This document shows, in pieces, positions 57,560 through 64,000 of a stretch of 64,000 nucleotides of DNA; position 1 is the first letter of the stretch; each line of letters opens with the position of its first letter. Source of the stretch: Phyllobates terribilis (Eukaryota); contig NW_027362771.1 of NCBI RefSeq assembly GCF_046119375.1, positions 427,862,001-427,926,000 of the forward strand. The letters are read 5' to 3'. The notes under the pieces were generated by a model that worked only from the letters and a program-made list of their open reading frames with translations, did not search any database and had not been told where the DNA came from. Position numbers and translations under genes: made by a program.

Positions 57560-57990
57560 ACTTAGAGGAGGGCCTCCTGAGAACAATGTTCCCATTATTA
57601 AGAAGTGGGTCTCCCATAGTGTTGGCCTATGCAGTGAATGCAAGGGCTGCCAAAAATTGGGAGGCACTCCAATGCCCCTTGGTAGAGACGTAGAGGGCCT
57701 CATGAAAAAATGTTCCCATTATTAGGAAGTGTGTCTCCCATAGTGTTGGTCTATGCAGTGAATGCAAGGGCTGCCAAAAATTGGGAGGCACTACAATGCC
57801 CCTTGGAAGAGACGTAGAAGGCCTGATGAAAAAATGTTCCCATTATTAGGCAGTGGTTCTGCCATAGTCTTGGCCTATGCAGTGAATGCAAGTGCTGCCA
57901 AAAATTGGTAGGCACTCCAATGCACCTTGGAAAAGACGTGGAGGAGGGCTTCATAAAAAAAAAATGTTCCCATTAGAAATGAGTGGGTCT
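57560..57990. repeat. 3-4 tandem ~120-bp units in the hAT 3' subterminal region
   Basis: CTATGCAGTGAATGCAAG(G/T)GCTGCCAAAAATTGG..AAAAATGTTCCCATTA at ~57625, 57750 and 57875. Confidence 0.85.
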
Positions 57991-58129
57991 CCTATACTTG
58001 TAATGCCCATGTACTAAGTGTATGGTCTGACAAACATTTACCCCTGGGGAGTATACATGAACATACCGTATAATTTTTTTTTTTACAGGCATTATAAACA
58101 CCTTTAAAAAAATTATGCGGGTGTTGCAT

Positions 58130-61100
58130 CACGGACCACGGTCACCCTGGTGATATGGTGGTGGAGGATGAGGAGAAGGAGGAAGACAAGAGCAAATAGC
58201 CAAAATCAGGAAGCGTATAACCATGTGTGGTTGTGAAAAGGTACATGGGAATACACTTCCCAAAAAAAGACACTGGATTTGAGTTTGTTATGCTGCTATT
58301 ATTTGGTAGTGTTGAGAAGTCTGGCCCAATCCAGCCCTTGTTCATTTTATAAGAGTCAGCCTGTCAGCATTTTCAGTTGACAGGCGGAAGCGCTTATCAG
58401 TTATAACTCCCCCAGCGGCACTAAAAACCCGCTCTGATAAAACGCTAGCGGCAGGGCAGGCCAGGACCTCCAAGGCGTAGAGAGCCAGTTCATTCCATGT
58501 GTCCAGCTGGGATACTCAATAATTATAAGGCACAGAGGAATCACGGAGGACGTTGCTACGGTCGGCAAGATACTCCCTCAGCATCTTCCCAAACTTTGCA
58601 CTCCTTGTGAGATTACCCCGCACCTCAGGGCCTGTGCGATGGGAGGGGCTGAGAAAACCCTCCCAGAACTTTGACAGCATTCCCCTGCCTCTGCTGGATT
58701 GGAGTTCTGTCTCTCTCGGCTGTACTGCTTGGTTGTCCAACGAACTGCGACCTCTGCCACCAGCATTTTCAGATGGGAATTTTTTTAATAGATCCGCAAC
58801 ATGGGCCTTCTGGTACTGCCCCATTTTTGTAGACCTGTCCACCTCAGGAATAAGAGATATAATGTTCTCCTTGTAGTGTGAGTCTAGAACTGTCACCAAC
58901 CAGTAATGACTGTCACCCAAAATTTTGAAAACACGCTTTCACGGGAAAGGCAGCGTAGCATAAACTCAGCCATGCGTGCCAGACTGCTAACAGGCAAGAC
59001 TTCCATGTCCTCACCAAGAGGACGACTGACCATGCTCTCCTCCTCCTCCTCCTCCCTGTCCTCAGGCCATCCATGCTGACAGTTGTGCAGGTAGTACCAT
59101 CTTTAGTGCTTGAAACTAGCTCCTGTTCTTCCTCCTCTTACTCATTGTCACCCAATCCACGTTGGGATGAGATGAGGCTGGGCTGTGTGGAATCACCCTA
59201 TATGGTACCTTGCTCCATCTCATCGTGCTCCGCCTGCAATGCATCCTCTTTGATTGTGAGCAGAGAGCGTTTCAGAAGACAAAGAAGCGGGATGGTGACG
59301 CTAATTATGGCATCATCGCCGCTCACCATCTTGGTGGAGTCCTCAAAGTTTTGGAGGATGGTACAGATGTCTGACATCCATGTCCACTCCTGAGGTCTTA
59401 TGTGTGGAGTCTGAACTGAATACCGATGGCCTTGTTGATGCTGGTAGTCAACAACTGCCCTCTTCTGCTCACAAATCCTTTCCAACATCTGCAATGTAGA
59501 GTTCCAATGCATGGGGACATCACACACCAGTCGGTGAGCCGGAAGCTGCAAATGCTGTTGAAGCACGGCAAGGGCGGCGGAAGCTGTAGGTGACTGTCTA
59601 AAATGGGCACACAGGCGGCGTACTTTGACAAGCAGATCCGGCAGCTCCGGGTACATTTTGAGAAACCACTGAACCATGATGTTAAGCACATGGGCCAGGC
59701 ATGGTACATGTGTGAGCTCACCTTGCCTCAGAGCCACTACCAAGTTCCAGCTATTGTCACACACGGCCATGTCTGACTGTAGGTTCAGCGGTGTCAACCA
59801 CTGATCTGCCTGCTCTTTCAGAGCTGTCCACAACTCTTCAGTATTGTGCGGTTTGTCATATTAGCTTCAGCACAGCCTGTTGCCGCTTGGCTGAGGCAGT
59901 GCTGCACTGCTTCCGGCTTGTGACTGATGTGGTCATTTCAGAGATGGAGGCTGAGGAGGATGAGGTGCAGGAGGTGTAGGCTGTGGGGATAACCCTGATT
60001 GACCTAGGGCCCGCAATCCTCGGCGTCGGGAGGATGTATTCCGTCCCAAGGTCTGACTGGGTCCCGTCTTCCACCATGTTAACCCATTGTGCCGTCAGCG
60101 AGATGTACCATCCTGCCCATGTGTCCGTGGTTAGGTGGACTTTCCCTGTAACTGCATTGTTGAGGGCACGGCTAATGTTGTGGGACACATGATTGTGTAA
60201 AGCAGGGACGGCACACCGGGAGAAATAGTGGCGGCTGGGGACCGAGTACCAAGGGATGGTCGCCACCATCAGCTTCCATCTCCACGAGCCTAAAAGGCAA
60301 CATTTCGAGCACAAGCAGTCACGAAAGGTGGGAATTTCGTAGTGTGGCCTGTGGGGCGTTGGCTGCGTATTTGCGCTTGCGTTCCAAGGACTGGGGTACG
60401 GACAACTGAACGCTGCGCTGGGACAAGGAAGTGCTTGCTGATGGTGCTAGTTGAGAGTGTGCAACGACAAGTGCAGGACAGGCGGTATCTTCGCATGCAC
60501 TATGGACAGGGGATTGGCTTGCACGCACAACAGCGGAAGAAGCAGTGGTGTTACCTGCAGACACTGTTCCTGGACCCTGGGGTTTGGCCCACAAAGTCGG
60601 GTGCTTTTCTGCTATGTGCCTGATTATGCTGGTGGTGGTCAGGCTGGTAGTTTTGCTACCCCTGCTGATGCTGCCCTGGCAGGTGGTGCAAATGGCCTTT
60701 TTGGGGTTATCGGCAGAGTCTTTAAAAAGCAACCAGACTCGGGAAGACCTAACAGTTGTACTGGCAACTTCCATCGTGTTGGTGTTACGAGGAACGGTGG
60801 CCCGCCTTTTGTCTGCGGCCACCACACTGCTTCTTCCTGCCTTTTAGGGTGCTCTGCCTCCCCCCCCCTGTGTGCAGCTGTCCTTGCTCTGCATGTCCTC
60901 CTGCCAGGTTGGGTTAGTTACTATAAGGCTATGTGCCCATGATGCAGAAATGCTCTGGATTTTTCCTGAGCGTTTCTGCATCTCCCTTGCAGAAAAAACG
61001 CATGCGGATTTTACATGCATTTTTTCAGCCAGGGACAAGCGTTTGTGACCAAGTTAGTTAAAAAAAAGAATAAAATGGTAAAAAAAAAAAAATATATATA

Positions 61101-62110
61101 TACTCCTTATCCGATGTGTCCGGTCTCTCGCAGTGGTGTAAAAGGACCTTCCATGACGTCATTTAGTCATGTGACAGGTCGCGTGACCCGTCACATGACT
61201 AAATGACGTCATGGCAGGTTCTTTTAGACCATCGCGAGCTGCTGGGGATCCAGGACGCATCACTAAGGAGACTGGCGTCCATTGAAAGGTATAATGTATT
61301 TTTTTATTTTAAACTCTTTTTTTTTTACAGGTACTATGGTTCCCGGGTCTGGATGAGAGTCTCCTCTTCTCCAGACCCGGGTACTATCAGTACATTGAAT
61401 CGCTTAATATCGGCATGTGCACATGTAGTCATGTGGATATTAAGTGATTCAATGCTGCGATTACGCAAAATAATTGGTAGTGCTGCGGATTTTTCCGCAA
61501 TGATAATCAGCAGCGGAAATTTCCGCAGCTTGTGCACAGCACATGCAGATTATCATTAGGGAACATTGCAGACCTTCTACCAAGCGTTTTTTAAGCGTTT
61601 CTGCGGCGGAATTGCCCATGCGGAAACGCTTAAAAACCGCATAGTGGGCACACAGCAATCATCCACCACTTCCGCACCCTGGTCCTTCTCCTGACTTTCT
61701 GGCAATTGTGTCTCATCATCGTCCACCTCTTGTGGCACTTTCCCACCATCGCCTTCGCATTACCGTGGCTGCTCAAATATTTGGGCATCGCTACATGCGA
61801 TCTCCTCTTGCCCCACTTCAAGTGGACCGGGCGAGAGGCCCGAATCTATAAATGGAAAACTGAACAGCTCTTCGGAGTGTCCAAGTGTGGGATCAGTTGT
61901 CTCTGGGCACTCGGCATGGTGGGAGGAAGGAGGATCAGGGTGAGGAATATGCGGTCCAGACTCACAGGTACTGAGACTTGACCGTGTGGAAGACAGGGTG
62001 GTAGTGGTGGCTAAGTGACTGGAAACATTATCTGCTATCCAACCAATAACCTTTTCACACTGCTCTGTGTTCAATAGTGGTGTTCTGCGGTCCCCTATTA
62101 ATTGGGACAG
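58130..62110 (-). pseudogene. Nearly complete but degenerate hAT (BED finger + DDE + dimerisation) transposase
   Basis: BED region, YSVPSRHYFSRCAVPALH..KVHLTTDTW, CDNSWNL..HVPCLAHVLN, LVCDVPMHWNSTLQML, and MNKGWIG. Confidence 0.9.
60927..61657. mobile_element. Harbinger-type MITE inserted in the hAT transposase
   Basis: GGCTATGTGCCCA / GTGGGCACACAGCA termini and a central hairpin with two TGACGTCA. Confidence 0.75.
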
Positions 62111-64000
62111 TGTAATGCACACGCCCGGACTGACTGGCGTGTGCGTGTTTAGTGGTTCCACTGTGCCATGAACCGGAGAGTGCCTGGAAGGGCGTAACTA
62201 AGTATCTGCCCGATCCGACAAAAGGTCGCACGACGGCATACGACGCCAGTGCACCAGGGAGGAACCGAGCAGAGGGACCAGGGTCTACTCCAGGTCAGAC
62301 TCCGGACACGGCTGTTGACCCACACCGGGGAATACAGGAACAGGCAGACTAGAGCGCAGGCTGGGTAGAGTCCAGTACAGACTGGAAGACAAACTCAGAG
62401 CCGCATATGCGGTAAACAAACAGAGTAAAGCGAAACCGCAGGTGCGGTAGACAAGGCTGAGCAGAGCGAAACCGCAGACGCGGTGGACAGGGCTGAGCAA
62501 AGCGAAACCGCAGACGCGGTGGACAGGGCTGAGCAAAGCGAAACCGCAGATGCGGTGGACAGGGCTGAGCAAAGCGAAACCGCAGACGCGGTGGACAGGG
62601 CTGAGCAAAGCGAAACCGCAGACGCAGTGGACAGGGCTGAGCAAAGCGAAACCACAGACGTGGTGGACAGGGCTGAGCAAAGCGAAACCGCAGATGCGGT
62701 GGACAGGGCTGAGCAAAGCGAAACCGCAGATGCGGTGGACAGGGCTGAGCAAAGCGAAACCGCAGACGCGGTGGACAGGGCTGAGCAAAGCGAAACCGCA
62801 GACGCGGTGGACAGTGCTGAGCAAAGCGAAACCGCAGACGCGGTGGACAGGGCTGAGCAAAGCGAAACCACAGACGCGATGGACAGGGCTGAGCAAAGCG
62901 AAACCGCAGATGCGGTAGACAGGGCTGAGCAAAGCGAAACCACAGACGCGGTGGACAGGACTGAGCAAAGCGAAACCGCAGACGCGGTGGACAGGGCTGA
63001 GCAAAGCGAAACCGCAGACGCGGTGGACAGGGCTGAGTAAAGCGAAACAACAGACGCGGTGGACAGGGCTGAGCAAAGCGAAACCGCAGACGCGATGGAC
63101 AGGGCTGAGCAAAGCGAAACCGCAGACGCGGTGGACAGGGCTGAGCAAAGCGAAACCGTAGATGCGGTGGACAGGGCTGAGCAAAGCGAAACCGCAGAAG
63201 CGGTGGACAGGGTTGAGCAAAGCGAAACCGCAGACGCGGTGGACAGGGCTGAGCAAAGCGAAACCGCAGACGTGGCGGACAGGGCTGAGCAAAGCGAAAC
63301 CGCAGACGCGATGGACAGGGCTGAGCAAAGCGAAACCGCAGATGCGGTAGACAGGGCTGAGCAAAGCGAAACCGCAGACGCGGTGGACAGGGCTGAGCAA
63401 AGCGAAACCGCAGACGCGGTGGACAGGGCTGAGCAAAGCGAAACCGCAGACGCGGTGGACAGGGCTGAGCAAATCGAAACCGCAGACGCGGTGGACAGGC
63501 CTGAGCAAAGCGAAACCGCAGACGCGGTGGACAGGGCAGAGCGGGCAAGAACCGCCGGAGCGGTAAGCAAGGCAGAGCAGAAGGGACAGGGCTCTGTTTA
63601 CACGGAACAGACTGGAAGGGAAAGGCAGAACCAGGTACACATAGGATACTTGTAATGAAGTAGCGGGTGGACTCTAAACTCACAAACGGGAGTACAGAGA
63701 CAACGAGTAGGAGATAGGTACGGGATCAGGTTCTGCAGGAAAAGGGAAGGTACGGACAGAGAGAAAAACAGGAAACAGGCTAGGAGAGTATTCAGACAAG
63801 AACAGACACAGCAGCAAGATACAGGAGCGGGTCTAGGTGTGCGGCCCCTAGAAGGCGGAATGAACAGGCTAGGAGCGTGTACACACAGGGCTGGAAATAC
63901 AGCCTCCAGGATAGGCAGAAGACAACAGGCTAGAAGATAATACAGACAGGACACAGTTCAGACATGGGAACTGATACCGAAGGCAGGAAACATAAACGGG
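62111..64000 (-). mobile_element. LTR-like element in reverse orientation, running off the window end
   Basis: hAT homology stops abruptly at GGGACAG|TGTAATG (minus strand ends ..CATTACA). The other end is not visible. Confidence 0.6.
62400..63540. repeat. Homogeneous 36-bp tandem array, ~31 copies (GACGCGGTGGACAGGGCTGAGCAAAGCGAAACCGCA)
   Basis: 12-aa periodicity in all ORF-track translations (DRAEQSETADAV; CGFALLSPVHRV). Confidence 0.97.

Noticed and set aside
62285-63683. 391-451-aa repetitive ORFs as a real gene or a CRISPR-like array
   Set aside because: Head-to-tail 36-bp units with no unique spacers. The long frames follow from a stop-free unit.
1-64000. Strand-biased piRNA-cluster interpretation
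   Set aside because: Elements occur on both strands without an obvious bias, and small-RNA data would be needed.

Overview
Eukaryotic, most likely frog (anuran), genomic DNA made almost entirely of nested transposable elements. The organism is inferred from the repeat families. No host protein-coding gene, rRNA, tRNA or CRISPR array is supportable. Four decayed hAT elements and one large piggyBac-like non-autonomous element form the scaffold. Inserted into them are five Tc1-type elements, none with the classic DD34E spacing: one DD35E, two DD37E (one a 1.57-kb foldback derivative of a second subfamily, plus a further DD37E copy) and two DD38E, one of which has an intact 350-aa transposase. 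Also present are a Neptune-type Penelope element, three Ty3/Gypsy elements, several solo LTRs, L2 and CR1 fragments, many MITEs, a G-rich minisatellite, a telomere-like tract and a 36-bp tandem array. One Gypsy is a full-length chromovirus with apparently identical LTRs, an intact 1355-aa ORF and a self-priming signature. The most unusual items are (1) a solo-LTR family with two diverged copies that carries an unidentified ~227-codon ORF inside the LTR, with both copies hit by a different DD37E element at the same internal TA site, (2) the intact self-priming chromovirus, (3) the giant-hairpin DD37E derivative, and (4) a DD38E copy flanked by CA instead of TA. All comparisons were made by eye, with no database searches.
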